Shown: piece by piece, positions 12,156-25,800 of the stretch | Layout: each line of letters begins with the position of its first letter | Numbering within the stretch: position 1 is the first letter of the stretch | Source of the DNA: Nemertoderma westbladi | Taxonomy: Eukaryota > Animalia > Xenacoelomorpha | DNA: 50,541 nucleotides | Direction: 5' to 3' | NCBI GenBank assembly: GCA_032718475.1 | Contig: JAUCBJ010007534.1 | Location: forward strand, 1 to 50,541 | Made by a program: the position numbers and the translations under genes | Notes under the pieces: model-generated | Database searches by the model: none | What the model saw: only the letters and a program-made list of their open reading frames with translations | Told to the model about the DNA's origin: nothing

Positions 12156-15100
12156 CACGTTCGCTGCTATGGGGTACCCACCAGTGGGTACCATGAAAAA
12201 TCAGCTTAGGCTGTGGAATGACTGGTTAATAACTTTTATTCTGTTGAAGCTATTGAGCCCAAATTTTCAAACATGGTACATAGATGGACCACCTCTTCCC
12301 TTCAATGGAAAAACAGGTCTTCAAGTGCAGCCGACTCCCACAGGTCCAAATGGGTCAGTTACACCCTATGATGTCTAGAGGTTATTTTTAACAAAGGAAG
12401 TCTATGAGATTATTTTATTAGACCACTGACCAAAAGATCAGCAGTAAGCGTCCACTCTGAAGTATTCAAGGCTTAATAAGTGGAGTGATAGACAGAAAGA
12501 GATGTTGAAATTCTAATAGGCGTTCTTTTAGTTATGGAAATCGTTCATATGCCAAAAATCACCCACTATTGGTTGAACAGAAAAATTTACGGAAATCAAA
12601 TTATCAGGGAATGTGTATCAAGAGATCGGTTCCTATTGATCAGATCAGATCAGATCGAGATCATATAATTCAGTGCTACAAGAATGTGTACATCCCAGGG
12701 GAAGTCATTGTGATTTATGAGTCCATGATACCCTATCGTGGTAGGTTGGTCTTCAGACAGTATATTCCAGGCAAATCGCACAAATAAGGGATAAAATTCT
12801 TCAAGCTATGTAGCCCAGGGGGCTACACCTGGAACATGTCAATTTATGCAGGAAAGGACAAGCAGAAAAAGGGGGGAGTAGGTCTAGCACATGCAATTGT
12901 CATTCAAGTCGTGATGTACAGATGATAACAACTAGGCCGGATTATGGTATATCGTTTGTGAACAGTGGGAAAGAGAACTATAATGGAGAATCAATATGTA
13001 AACCAAAGGCTATTTTTGACTATAATGTAGCGAAGGATGGGGTAGATTTGTCCGACCAAATTACCTCATATTACACAACATTGTGGAAGAGTGTGCAGTG
13101 GTTTAAGAAGATTGGAACTTTATAGAAGTAAAAGTGTCTGAGTCTGTACTCCCAGATATTCCCATTGGCGATATCTCCTTTGCAGAAGTCAAGGCTGCTG
13201 CAAAGAGCATTAAGACCAATCGTGCCAGAGGAGTAGATGGTGTCCCCCCTGCGGTCTTTAAACTTCTCATCTATCCCATCATAGTAGACATGTACCGAAC
13301 AACAAGTGTCCCACAAGAAATGGAAACAAATAAGTTGGTGCCAGTTCCCAAGAAGGGCAATGGTTTTTTTCGGGGAATCATATTGATCTCGATTGCTGCA
13401 AAGTTATACAATAAAATTCTATTAAACCACATCAGGGATCCCATTGAGAGACTACTCCATGGAAATTGAATGGGTTCCGTAAAGGTCGTGGGACCATGGA
13501 GCCCATTTTGGCACTTAGAAGGATAATTGAAGAGTTATCAAAAAAGAAAGACATGCATCTGGCTGTTATCTTTGTTGACTTCTTCAAGGCCTTTGATTCA
13601 GTCGCTCGCTCACATATGTTCACCATACTTTCATTATATGGGATTCCTGATGAAATTATTGCAGCACAGATCAATCAGTATACAATGGTTCAACAACATT
13701 GGTGTCTACTGCTGATGGTGACACAGAACCATTTGAAGTGATTATGGGGAGTCCTTCAGGGAGACACACTTGCCCCATTCTTGTTCATAATTGTGGTTGA
13801 CTATGTTCTATGCATGTCCTTAGATCATCATAATGATGATGGGGGCGATGGTAACACCACCTACTGTCCTACTGGCTCCAGAAATAGAGGCAATCCTGCC
13901 AAGTACCTAACTGATATAAACTTTGCTGATGACTTAGGAGTACACCCAGAATCACTAGCGGGAGCCCAACGGCTCCTCTGCGCATTAGAACAGGCTGCTT
14001 CTAGTGTTGGTCTTTTTATTAACTCCAAAAAGACCAAACATCTAACTTTGAAAGTCCTCAGCAAGTCTCTGATTGGATGAGCATAAGCTCAACGGATGGT
14101 ATGCTCCAGCATGTGGATGACTTCTGTTACCTGGGATCAGGGATCTGGAAGTCAGATGAGGACTTTTGAATATGTAAGGGAAAGGCATGGGCAGCCTTGA
14201 ATAGGCTTTCCAGGATTTGGAAGTCACATAGAATTAATCGGAAACTTAAGGTCTGATTATTTAGAGCAGCAGTAGTTCCAGTACTCCTCTATGGGAGTCC
14301 ATTCTGGGCTCTAACTGTTGAGGACACCGCATCTCTGTGGCACATTCACAAGAATGCTATGCCAGGTTCACTGTGTAAAGTCCAATCAGACACTACTATA
14401 TAACATTGGAGGTTTCTCATTGGTTCCCCTAAGCTTGACACTAGAACAAAGCTGCCTCCGCTTTGCAGGACATTGCTTTCACCATGAGGACCAGCCAGTG
14501 CATAATCTTGTGCTCTGGCAGCCTCATGGAGTGAATAAGAATGGTGGACAGCCCATGACTTTCTTGAGACGCATCTTAAAGGGCACTGGCCTTGAAGATG
14601 CAGATGATCTAGCATATGTCATGGGTGATAGGGAGTTGTGGCAGGGCAATTTTGTCAACAAGCCGGCACAGCATTCTTGAAACTGCAGCTGCAATGCAGC
14701 TTGCCAATCCTAGTAGTAGTAGTAGTAGTGCGGTGGTTTAAGAAGGGTGGGATAGAGGCCCTCTGTGGTACCTCAGTGGTGAATGCAAGCGTTATTTACA
14801 ATAGTCCTAAGCACTTTACAGACAAGAAACTTTCGCAGCTCAAGTTTCGTGAGTCATTGGCAAAGCGATTGCTCACTGGATCTGAAACTGAGGATATCCC
14901 CGGGGTCAAGCACCAGCAGTTGCTGCTAGCCATTCAGGCCAATCGTCTTCAACAATAACAACTCGTCGACAACAGCACCATTTGGGAAAGTAGGAGGGAA
15001 AGGTAAGACAAGTCCATGGTGTCTGTAGCAGTAGCTACCAAAATCAAAGAGCTTCCAGTGTTTCCCTAAAGGATGCCAAGAGGAACAGGAAGAAAGTTGA

Positions 15101-15160
15101 AACCTTCTGCAAAGATTGTCTGCACAAACCTTTTGTGTTTTGACTGTTTTTCCACACATA
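12156..15160 (+). mobile_element. Degraded piggyBac (PGBD4-like) transposon, interrupted by an RTE LINE
   Basis: CACGTTCGCTGC terminus-like sequence at 12156. ESMIPYRGRLVFRQYIPGKSHK, KPKAIFDYNVAKDGVDLSDQ, WFKK|GIEALCGTSVVNASVIYN, LKFRESLAKRLL, then a Cys-rich tail. Confidence 0.85.
13111..14727 (+). mobile_element. 5'-truncated RTE-clade LINE (degenerate RT)
   Basis: LVPVPKKG, GFRKGRGT, FVDFFKAFDSV, QGDTLAPFLF, FADD. (TAG)n tail at 14711-14729. 18-bp TSD GTGC(A/G)GTGGTTTAAGAAG at 13093-13110 and 14728-14745. Confidence 0.92.
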
Positions 15161-15461
15161 ATCAGGGCTGAAGACTAACAGAGACTGGATCTGGACTAAT
15201 AAGACTTTTTAACTTTTTAGGCTTGAATTATATTTTCATAAACTCATATTGCTATAAAACATAGCATTGCATCATTGTTTCAAGTTTATTAATTAAATAA
15301 TAATAAGTAGACCTAGTTTTCAAATGATACAATGTTGTAGAAAGGCTGCTCTTCCCGTTAATAGAAGATTGAGGGTTGAGCTGGGCTTTGGCAATGAGGT
15401 GCAATGATTTGGCAATATATAATAAATATATTATTACTCTACAGCATTAATACAGTATTAA

Positions 15462-15660
15462 CAGGGCCGTATTAACGGTGGGACTTATGGGGCTGCAACC
15501 CTGGGCCCCATGAAGGTTTGGGGCCTCCCAGAAAAAGAGAAAAAGTAATGGTCCCTCCTTACATTAAAAAAATATTTTTGGAACCATGTTAAAACTAAAA
15601 CATCAAGGAATATCGTACCCAGATGAACAAATGCGAAATTCACATGTACATGAAATTCAC
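15462..15660. mobile_element. Terminal fragment of a hAT-like MITE
   Basis: Starts CAGGGCCGTATTAA with GGGCCCC-rich subterminal sequence. The partner end was not found. Confidence 0.35.
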
Positions 15661-16525
15661 GGTACATGTCTACTATGATGGGATAGATGAGCTTTAAACA
15701 CTCAGGTATTTTAAAGACCTCAGGGGGAACACCATCTACTCCACTGGCACGATTGGTCTTAATGCTCTTTGCAGCAGCCTTCACTTCTGCAAAGGAGATA
15801 TCGCCAATGGGAATATCTGGGAGTACAACTCCAGCCTCCAACTCCAGAATCCCTCTCCCCATCACAATCTGGCCTCCCTGGTGACCCAGGGTTTGGGCCA
15901 GAAAGGTCATCAGGAAAGGGACTCAAAGAATTGTTGGCTGCTCTCTCTCCAGTAGGGGGTGAGACAGGCAGCCGGTCAGGAGTTAACTGACGCCTGTGAG
16001 GCCGATTGTGTCCGGTAATTCCACTGGCCTCTAGTGGCCGGACCTCCGCATTGCTAATGTAATCCATAGTGGGGGTTGGGGGGTGCTTTTTTGCCGAGTC
16101 AGCTCTCGGGGCAAATACCACACCCTGGTTTGCCATTCCACAGGGTGGGTGTCGCAATGGAGTCAGATATGAGGCCCATCACCCATATCTACTCTGGCGT
16201 ACATGACCCACCATTGGCTGTTGCAGCTCATCTGCTGGGTCATGCCCTGTACCCTTGCTGCCAGGTGCAGGTCGCAGTGAAGTGCCCTCAGAGTGGACAT
16301 GAGAACACTCTACTCCTAACCAGCCATTGGTAGATCACCATCTGCCTGGTCAGGCCATACACCCCTGCAGCCAAGTATATGGGTCCTTAATCCAGGACCA
16401 AGGGCGTCCTTATCCCAGAACGAAGGGGGTCCTAGTTACAGGACCAAATTTGCCCTAGTAAGAGGGTCTATGCAGCTACAGGTGGCACCTCCTTTATGCT
16501 GCATGGAGGTGGCAAGTTTTCTTGA
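15661..16525 (-). mobile_element. 5' part of the same RTE family (GC-rich 5' UTR and N-terminus fused to the pre-RT region)
   Basis: 15661-15826 is near-identical to 13145-13297 (VLPDIPIGDISFAEVKAAAKSIKTNRA). Upstream is a GC-rich, hairpin-rich leader with an ATG at ~16067. Confidence 0.7.
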
Positions 16526-17340
16526 TCAATGACCTAGAATACCTGACCTAGGGTTCAACAGAAGGCACTTTATGGGGCCGAACCGAACCGAACCGAAGCA
16601 GGGCCAACTTCGGGCCGAACCGAACCGAATCCAAACCGAAGTTCAGAAAGTTAGCAAGTTATGGTCATAAATTCGTATTTACGTCACTATACTGCTATAC
16701 TGGCTGACTGGCAGTGGCAGACACCTGAGTGAAAATACTGAAATACCAGAGTACCACGAAACACAATACCACCAGGCACAATTATTTTATATTTTATCAT
16801 AGACTTCATTATCTACAAATATGCGAGTAACTACTGAAAGGTTCTACATGAAGGAGGGAGGACGTATGTAGTACAAATCGGGGTGCGTGCGGGTGAATGT
16901 GCCCTGGTTACAAATAATTATAAGAGGTGTGTAGTGTACGAAAGTAATTAATCGGTATTCCCGTTTTCATATTAACAATAATGTCTATAAATTGTAAGCA
17001 GCAATGTCTCAAAGGGGATTAGGTTTAAGCGACAGTGTTTGATTTTTTTTACATGACCTACTTTATACAGAGTATGTTTAATTTGTTTACCTTTACTGGA
17101 GCCACTGCTTATTACTGTATATATAATAAAACGAGCTCATTAAGTTATTGTCTCATGCTGGGGATATACATTCACTAACTACAGTAAGGTCTCATGAATT
17201 CTTAGCCCGCGAGTATTCTTAGCCCTTGGGTATTCTTAGCCCGCAAAACAATATAACGTTTATTGTTTTGGTCCCCCCAATACTCCTCTGAAACCTGCTC
17301 CTTTACTAAAGTGCTCCTTTACTAACGTGCTCGCCCCTTT

Positions 17341-17862
17341 ACTGTCTGCACCACTGTCTGCACCACTGTCTGCACCAATGTCTGCACCACTATCTGCACC
17401 ACTCTCTGCACCACTGTCTGCATCAATGTCTGCACCATTGTCTCTGCACCAATGTCTGCAACACTGTCTGCACCAGTGTCTGCACCAGTGTCTGCAACAG
17501 GTGTCTGCACCACTGTCTGCACCAGTGTCGGCACCAGTGTCTGCACCAGTGTCTGCACCAGTATCTGCACCAGTATCTGCACCACTGTCTGCACCAGTGT
17601 CTGCACCACTGTCTGCACCACTGTCTGCACCAGTGTCTGCACCACTGTCTGCACCACTGTCTGCACCACTGTCTGCACCACTGTCTGCACCACTGTCTGC
17701 ACCACTGTCTGCACCAATGTCTGCACCACAATCTGCACCACTATCTGCACCACTCTCTGCACCAGTGCGTGCACCACTGTCTGCACCAGGTGTCTGCACC
17801 ACTGTCTGCATCAATGTCTGCACCATTGTCTGCACCACTGTCTGCTCTGCACCAGAGTCTGC
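17341..17862. repeat. 12-bp minisatellite (GCACCACTGTCT)n
   Basis: About 40 near-perfect tandem units, producing several overlapping repetitive ORFs. Confidence 0.97.
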
Positions 17863-17963
17863 TTAAAGTTTACACTCCAAAATTAATTAGTACAACGATG
17901 GACAGATTGATTTAGTCTTACTGTCTTCTGGTCTTAGCTCAATCAGTCAATGTAATACTTGGA

Positions 17964-18028
17964 ATATTTAGCAAAGTATTTAGCAAATATTTAGCAAATA
18001 TTTAGCAAACATTTAGCAAATATTTAGC
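17964..18028. repeat. 11-bp tandem repeat (ATTTAGCAAAT)n
   Basis: About 6 copies. Confidence 0.9.
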
Positions 18029-19049
18029 TCCGGGCTTCTGCAGTATCAATTGCAGAAGCCGAACCGAACCGAAATTGCCAAACTTCGGCCCGAACCGAAC
18101 CGAAGCCGAAGCTTCTGTTGAGCCCTAACCTGACCTGACCACAAGTATACAGACAGTATTACCTACATTATTGGTGTGCTTGCCAATGTGTTTCAATTTC
18201 CTCAAACATATTAAGAACGCTTTACATACAACAATGACTCATGAACGACTATATGCAATTGAAAAGTTTGAGAGATTGAAATACAGGAGGAAATTAATGT
18301 GAACAATTTAATCTCATTAAAACTGGTAATTTTAAATCTATAATAATTATTGTTATTCCCCATTTATGAGCGGGTTAAATATCATTTATAATAGTGGGCT
18401 ACCTAAAAAATATCACTTTTTGCCCACGGGAAAATATCAGTGATATTCCCGCGTTGCTATGCAACTGCCTATTATCCTACAGTAGGCCTAGCTCTATTAG
18501 CAAATCAGATTGTCAGAACCTACCGGTACCACAACACATTTTTGTATCATTATATCCATTGTCTGAAATTGAAAGAACCAGACCGGTAGGCCTACGGTAC
18601 CCAGTCGTACCCAGTCGTGGTACCTGTAGCCAGGCAGTATTGGGCTGACCAAGCTGCTTGGCATGGTATAGGCGTAGTACCGGTGCGGTTTCCAGGACCG
18701 GTACATGTGTGTGGTTATGTTTTTTCATCACTTAATTGCTGTCCAACTGCCTGAGGGATAAAGCTGCGAAGCTCTGAAGCTGTGGACTGGTAGCGAATAG
18801 CGATACAAGTATGTACAGCAGGCTAGGTAGACCGTACTGTACATATTTCGTGCTCTGTTCTGTCTTTATATTTAATACGTAAGTTGGACGCGCAGTATGG
18901 AAATTAATATTGATTTTTTATTTGAATAATAATAAAAAAGCTGGCTTTAAATAAAACTTGTTTTTTTAACTACAGTAAACTATTGATTATGGTAATGTAA
19001 CACGGAAACAGTCTTTATATATAGGCCTAACGGATATTTATGCGAAACC

Positions 19050-19160
19050 GGAATGCAAATTTCCCTGGCCACATTCCCGGACTCGAACCCATGTCATCTG
19101 GAGTCGGAGACCCGAGTTCAAAGCTCCGCTATAATTAAACGGTTAAACCACTACACAATT
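19050..19160 (-). mobile_element. tRNA-derived SINE head fragment
   Basis: Minus-strand B-box GGTTCGAGTCC, with an A-box-like TGTGTAGTGG upstream. Confidence 0.5.
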
Positions 19161-19391
19161 AATTCCCTTGATATTAATATGTTTACTATATAAATGGTCC
19201 CGCATGCAGCAGTATGAACTTATTCAGTATTTAGTTATGCATTATTAAATCATTCTGAATGCACTAATACAATTTAATGATTTAATATATATTGATATAT
19301 ATTTAATCCCCCCAAAATACCAAGCCCCATTTACTTCACTTGCCCCCAAACAAAACCCTTTTAGAATTGTTAATAATGTGGAATAACACAT

Positions 19392-19522
19392 TTATTGCCC
19401 GGTTATCAAGTTATTTTCCCTAATATTTTACCCTCGGGCAGGAAACCCTCGGGCTGCGCCCTCGGGTTATTCCTGCCCTCGGGTAAAATATACGGGAAAA
19501 TATCTTGATAACCGTGCAATAA
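19392..19522. repeat. About 130-bp palindrome of Crypton-like non-autonomous type
   Basis: Arms TTATTGCCCGGTTATCAAG..TATTTTCCC..TATTTTACCC and GGGTAAAATA..GGGAAAATA..CTTGATAACCGTGCAATAA around a CCCTCGGGCTGCGCCCTCGGG core. A related motif lies at ~18420-18450. Confidence 0.65.
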
Positions 19523-20029
19523 GTATTGATATTCGAATACGGTAGAGTATGTACATACAGCAGAAACGTGCAGAATCTTATTTCTAATTATAAACCTAAA
19601 TCTTTTTCAATTTTATTTATTATATCAATGAATACAATACCGGTAGTTTTGTTTAAATTTCGTTAAATGTTTTTTCCTATAATTTTTCATTAAAAAAATG
19701 GAGAAATATTATGAAATCCAGAAAACTATATGAATATATAACTTATGAAATTACCTTTTATATAAATCAAAAATTGCAAAAATCCATTAAGAAATGGCGG
19801 AGGAGTAATATTTTTCGCATGAAAAAATGTCATTCAGAGATAATAATAATAATAATACAGGAAGGAAGCACACCACCGAGCAAAAATTATATTCATGGGG
19901 GTTTTCGGGGTCGCTGATTTCATTTCCGAAGGCAGTTTTAATATTTGATGGAATCTAGTCTGTCCGTCGTTCGGTTGTCGGTCTTACATTTTGACATTCA
20001 GATTGCCAGACAGATATTCCACGATAATT

Positions 20030-21050
20030 CGAGAACTAAAAGATATCTCTCTGAGCAGTTTTTAGATTTGAAATCCCCATTAAATTCTGCTCTAGAGGCA
20101 ATAGCTACTCAGGAAACTCCATCCTCATTGATTCCTGTTGTGAAACAACCTCGTCGAGATCCGGTACATTGAGTGTACCAACTGGACGAACTGCAGGAGT
20201 TCTCTAGACGCTATGTTGTAAACTCATTGGACGACATAAACGATCAAAGCTGCCCTCCAGGATATTATAATGATAAGAATGATGATAAGATATTTTTTTA
20301 CGAACTGGAAATGTCTGATATGCCGCGGTTGAAAGGGGCAATTAGGGCAATTAGGATTTCATGACAACTCCACGTGAAACTTGAACTGAATCAACATCCA
20401 GTCACTTTACCGTTATGGTTTACTAAATCATCCGACTGTAAGTTATCAAATCTGACTCAAATAGATAACTTGGCAGTTTACATACACAACGTGAGGATGA
20501 TTGGTAGACTGATACAACAACAATTGAGGAATTACTCCAGTTGAAGTACTACAACAAAATTGGGAGACCACATTACTCAAACAAGGTTATTCGATTTGCA
20601 CTAATGATACTAGGTAATAATAGGTATACTTCAGCCCAAGCATGTAGATTATTGTAGAAAGAGATCCCATCCCATTGCCATCGTTCTCTCTTCTAAATCA
20701 ACTCCAATGCGGTGGGGTGGATTCAATGGAGGCGCTGACAGCCCAGATTAAGAAGAATGCAATTGATAAGAATGTTATTCTGCTTATAGATGGGATGAAA
20801 CTTGAAAAGGCTGCTAGATACAGCCAAGGAGATTTTGTTGGGATGAGTGATGACAGGTATTTATATACGGAAATAATTTGTTTTATGGTGGTGAGTGTCA
20901 TAAAGGGAGCTATGTATATTTTAAGATCAGTCCCAGTCGTTTCACTTAAATAAATCCAACTGGCAAACAAATGAAATTGTGTCTGATTCGAATGATTTGT
21001 ATTCTGTAGAATTGATAATTAGAGCCATTATTATGGACAACAAACTGTAT
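20030..21050 (+). pseudogene. Degraded P-element (THAP9-like) transposase
   Basis: ILLIDGMKLEKAARYSQGDFVG...LYTEIICFMVVSV..AMYILRSVP. Upstream pieces LHVKL..PLWF and YSNKVIRFAL. Many stops and frameshifts. Confidence 0.75.
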
Positions 21051-21246
21051 AAATATGTCTAAATGAATCTGAGTCCACCTAATACATCTATACATATTGG
21101 GTAATCAATTTGGTGGACAGTAGTCACAAAGCTAGACAATCTATAAAGTAGTTACTTCATATAGAACATAGCGCAAATGAAGATTAAACAAGAACTAAGT
21201 GAGATTATTCCAACTTGACAATTTTTGATCTTCAAACAAATAGCTA

Positions 21247-21336
21247 ATGGACAATCCGAATCCAAACTATAGTGGTAAAAATTACGATGCCATGAAGGAC
21301 GGAAGATTAAAGGCTAAAGGAAAACAGGTTCCTCAT
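21247..21336 (+). pseudogene. N-terminus of the partiti-like virus capsid EVE (split off by the hATm insertion)
   Basis: ATG at 21247 gives MDNPNPNYSGKNYDAMKDGRLKAKGKQVPH, which continues in frame across the TSD as GPPKPLNKPIANP at 38096. Confidence 0.6.
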
Positions 21337-22414
21337 TAGGGTAGATCGAAAAACACTTTTTCGAAATTGTGATTTTCTGTATGAAAACTATTTGAGAAAT
21401 TTATCAAAACGATGTAAACGCAAAACGAAAAATAATTTCGTGCCCATTTGACCCCAGCACATCTAAAGTGAAAATTTAAATTTTTTTATTTTTTTTTAAA
21501 TTTTTAAAATTTTTGCAAAATTTAAGTTATTTTTTTATTTATTTACTGATAGTTCAAAATGTTAATATAATCTTAAATACTAACAGAAAAAAAGAAATTT
21601 GGTAATATTATATATTTTAACCCCAGCACATAGGTCTTGTAGTCAGGTATTATTTTGACGCAAATAGATTATTACTAATATTCTCTTGGCTAGAAGATTA
21701 GATTTTATAACCAATTATTTATGAATTTATTAATTATGTTGTTTAAATTCAACACAGCAACAATTTAGTTCAATAAAATTTGAATTATAATTGGCACATT
21801 TCAACTCATTCAAATTAAAAATGTCACAATTTGACATAATTTAAAAAATTTAAAAAATATAAATTCATTTCAATTATGAACCATAAGCTTTCAACTGCAT
21901 CTCTCTATGACATAGAGTGGAAACTTCTAAGTCCATTCCCAAGTAATTAATAACAAATTTATGAGTACAAAGAAACATGTATGTGAAGCATTTAATAATT
22001 ACAAGGCTACACACTACACAAATTACAACCACGTTGTAAGGCATCACTAAATATGTGGCTCGCCCCAATATGTCTATACTACAGTATTTAAGTTAACAGA
22101 GATGTTGACCTCTGCCTAAAAAATATATCAGTTTTTACTTTCAGTTTAGTACGTTTTATGGTTTACCTTTTTTAGGAAATTTACAACTTAACACATATAA
22201 ACTTTATACAGTATACGTATTATCAGCTGCTTTTAGCAAGTTTTAAAGTATTTTTTACTAGTAAATTTTGGCATTTCACGTCGAGAAGCTAGTAGGGTTC
22301 GAATGTACCCATCTCTGCATTGTTTGCAAACTACATGTTTAGATGCAATAGAGACACATTGCACCAAACGTTCGACACTCTGGGAGTGGCAAGGGAATCT
22401 CCATGTAATGGGAC

Positions 22415-22684
22415 TGTAGAGAATAATATGATATTAGACCTTATATTGCCAATTATATCTTTAGTACTTATATTGCCAATTAATGTGTTTGGTTAGTACA
22501 GTTCACTAATCTACACTATGTACTTACAGCTGATTTACACATTATACATTCCGTACTCCTATATCTGTTGTACTTATTGTGAGTAACATATCTTTACCTA
22601 TTATTACATCAATATATTGTACCTTGTTGATTTTACATCAATAAATGTTTTCATTTATGGATATCGCTTTCGCGTTATCCAATA
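22415..22684 (+). repeat. 5' LTR of the outer BEL element
   Basis: TGTAGAG...CCAATA, direct repeat of 32980-33249. Confidence 0.97.
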
Positions 22685-22869
22685 TGGCGCCCGATAAATA
22701 ATACTTTAACTTCAATTTACTGTGACTTTTTTGTGAATTCATTTGCTTACTACGTTGCGTTGTAAGTACAAACTTTATGGGTACTATAATCAACTAAACT
22801 CAGTCAATATATTCATTGGGAACAACGTGATGTTCCATCACCACTAAAATTCACAGTCATCAAGTTACC

Positions 22870-25800
22870 ATGTCAATAAACAACGCTGCTGGTGAAGACC
22901 AGCTATCACAGGAATTAAAGCAACATGTAGGATCACGAAGAGGAGTACGAGCTGCTGCAACACGTGTCCTCAATTCAATCGGTGATATTGGCAGTCTCGA
23001 CGATACAACGAAGAATAGTCGCATCAAGTCGTTAGAAAAGTTCAACTCACGGTTGGATGAACTCAATGAACAAATATGGGGTCTCTCAAACGAATATCAG
23101 GTAGAAGATGATACAGCTCCATGCGCAGAATACGAGGTTAGACTGTGTAACGCCATTTCTGAACTGAAACTTTCACTTACTCCTACTGTAGGTATAGTAG
23201 GTGGTAATGTAGGACATAATGTACAAGTAGGGGCAACCTCTCGTCACCCAGTAAGTCCATTTTCTACTTTTGCCGGATCAAATACATCTCACAATGTTCC
23301 TTAAGAGTCAAGTAGTCATTTTGCTCGTTCTGTTTTGGGAAAATTACATCCACCTTCTTTTGACGGCAATCCTTTGAAATATTTCGGATGGCACGATGCC
23401 TTCCTATCAGCTGTGCATGAATCTGGCCTACCGGATGTGCTAAAATTTCAGTACTTGGTCCAAAGTTTGACAGGTGCAGCAAAAGAAATTGTGGCAGGCC
23501 TTCCCGTAGCTGGTGAAAATTACGAAATAGCTCTTGATATTTTGAAACAACAATTCGGAAATAAAAATAAAATTATTAGAAGTCATATTGAAGAACTGCG
23601 GTCAATTACTTCTCGATTAGGGTCATCATCATCACTTAGACAAATATATAACATTTGTATGCAGAACATTCGAGCTTTAAAAACACTAGGTGTAGGTACT
23701 GAGGAATACCAACGCATTGTTATACCAGATATACTACGGTCACTGCCTCGCCAACTCACTGAACGACTATTGCGCGACCACAACAATGAAATAGACGACC
23801 TATCGGTTCTCATGACTGCAATAAAAGGACAATTGGACACTGAGGAAATTATACAAGAACTTCACGAACAAAACCGCACACCTACATTAGCAAACAATAA
23901 ACCAAAACTCAATATTACACCATCAGCAGCAACATTTGTAAACACTAGTAAACCTACATCACATCATTACAGCATTACAAAGACAAGGCCACAAACACCG
24001 TTGACATCATCGCACACCCCAAAGTGTATATTCTGTCAAGAATCACATTATTCCTCATCATGTCATATGGTACCAGACGTGGCCGAGCGAAAAAAACAGC
24101 TTATTGCACTAAGAAGGTGCTTTATCTGTTTGGGCAAAGACCATATTTCACAAAACTGCTCGCGCAGTAAACCTTGTTTCACATGTAAAAAGTTTGGCCA
24201 CCACACTGCAATTTGCACAACACCGAAATCAGTATCTCAAGTTAATGTAGTATTTCATGAAAGTAATGCACCCATTACTCAAAGCGATAACATAGCAACA
24301 AGCACTAGCAACATTTTGTTTACTACTTCTCAAGAAGTACATAGCAAACTATCCGAGCCTATTCTACTTCAAACAGCTGTTATAAGGTGTAAACTGGGCA
24401 ATAATAAAGCCGCGAATACAAACTCATTATTTGATGGAGGAAGTACACGTACATTTGTAACACAACATTTTTCAACATACAATCAATTACAAATAATAGG
24501 TCAGGAATTGATGTTGATTAAGCGTTTCAGGGACAAACAATCTAAAACGGAGCCAGAGTTGCTTGATGTTGTTCAATTAAATTTACTCCATCGCAACGGA
24601 GATCTAAGTCAAATTACAGCAGTTGTTGTCGAAGAGATTTGTGAACCACTTCACACAAATATACCTAATAAAAATTGGGCAACCATTCTAAATTTACAAA
24701 CATCGGATTTAGCTCATAACTTACCGGTACACTCAAATAATGGTTTTACTGTTGACTTACTCATTGGTAGTGATTACTACTGGAACTTTGTGCATGGTAC
24801 TGTAATTAGGTCTGCTGAAACTGACTTAGTAGCCTTACAAAGTAGTTTTGGTTACTTACTTTCAGGCAGAGCAAATGTATCAGTAACAGAATCCATTCAT
24901 AGCGAGGTGTTGAGCAATAATGTATCTATAGGCGATACAACTCCCACTATTACAACTCTCACTGACTGTGTAGACACCCAAGAACAAGAATATAAAGAAT
25001 TACTGAACCTAGTTCAAACATTTTGGTCCTTAGAAAGTATAGGAATACCGAATGCCGAAATTCATGATAATAAACCACCGGTTTTAGGAAACATAATCAT
25101 GAAAGATGGTTTGTATACTGTCTCATTGCCATGGAAACTCTCTCCTAACAATCTTAATGACAATTTTCCACAATGTGTAAGTCACTTAAAACGATTAATT
25201 CCACGTCTTAAAAAATTAAACATACTTAGTAGATATAACGAAGTAATACAAGACCATCTTACTAGAGGTTATATAGAAAAGGTGGAATTTCATAAAACAC
25301 CACAAGGTGGCGCCGTTCACTATATTCCTCACAGCGGTGTTTTAAAGGAGGAACGCGTTAGTACTAAGTTGAGAGTAGTGTTTAACGCCTCATATCGTCG
25401 CACAAAGTCGGATTACTCATTGAATGACTGCCTAGAGGCTGGCCCAAACTTAATGCCGAAATTAACACATGTATTATTCAAATGGCGAATGTATCCCATA
25501 GGTGTCACAGCCGATATCAAACATGCGTTCTTGCAATGTCAGATAGAGGCACACGATAGGAATGTATTGCGTTTCTTATGGGTTAACGATTGTGATAACG
25601 TAGACCCAAATAATTTAAATATTCAGGCCTACAGACACACTAGAGCACTATTTGGATTATCACCTTCCCCTAATATACTCAGTTCAATTATAGAACATCA
25701 CCTTAATATAGAGATTCCCAACGCATCAAAGGCAGACATATCAGCAATTAAAAAATTAGACGATAAAGTAGTAGATGACATGTGTACTGGCGTATATTCA

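Larger units (their letters stand above)
16549..18127. mobile_element. Non-autonomous hAT element, 1579 bp
   Basis: TIRs TAGGGTTCAACAGAAG / CTTCTGTTGAGCCCTA. 8-bp TSD ACCTGACC at 16541-16548 and 18128-18135. Subterminal (CCGAA)n at both ends. Confidence 0.9.

Noticed and set aside
17341-17862. Possible CRISPR-like array
   Set aside because: Head-to-tail units with no unique spacers, no cas genes and a eukaryotic context.
17260-17886. Overlapping repetitive ORFs (GADS, VQT, SAPL, CRQW, VCT repeats)
   Set aside because: By-product of a stop-free 12-bp minisatellite inside a non-autonomous hAT; no gene evidence.
23290-23340. Programmed frameshift or readthrough between BEL ORFs
   Set aside because: Both ORFs are in the same frame, separated by a single TAA within gag; most simply a nonsense mutation.
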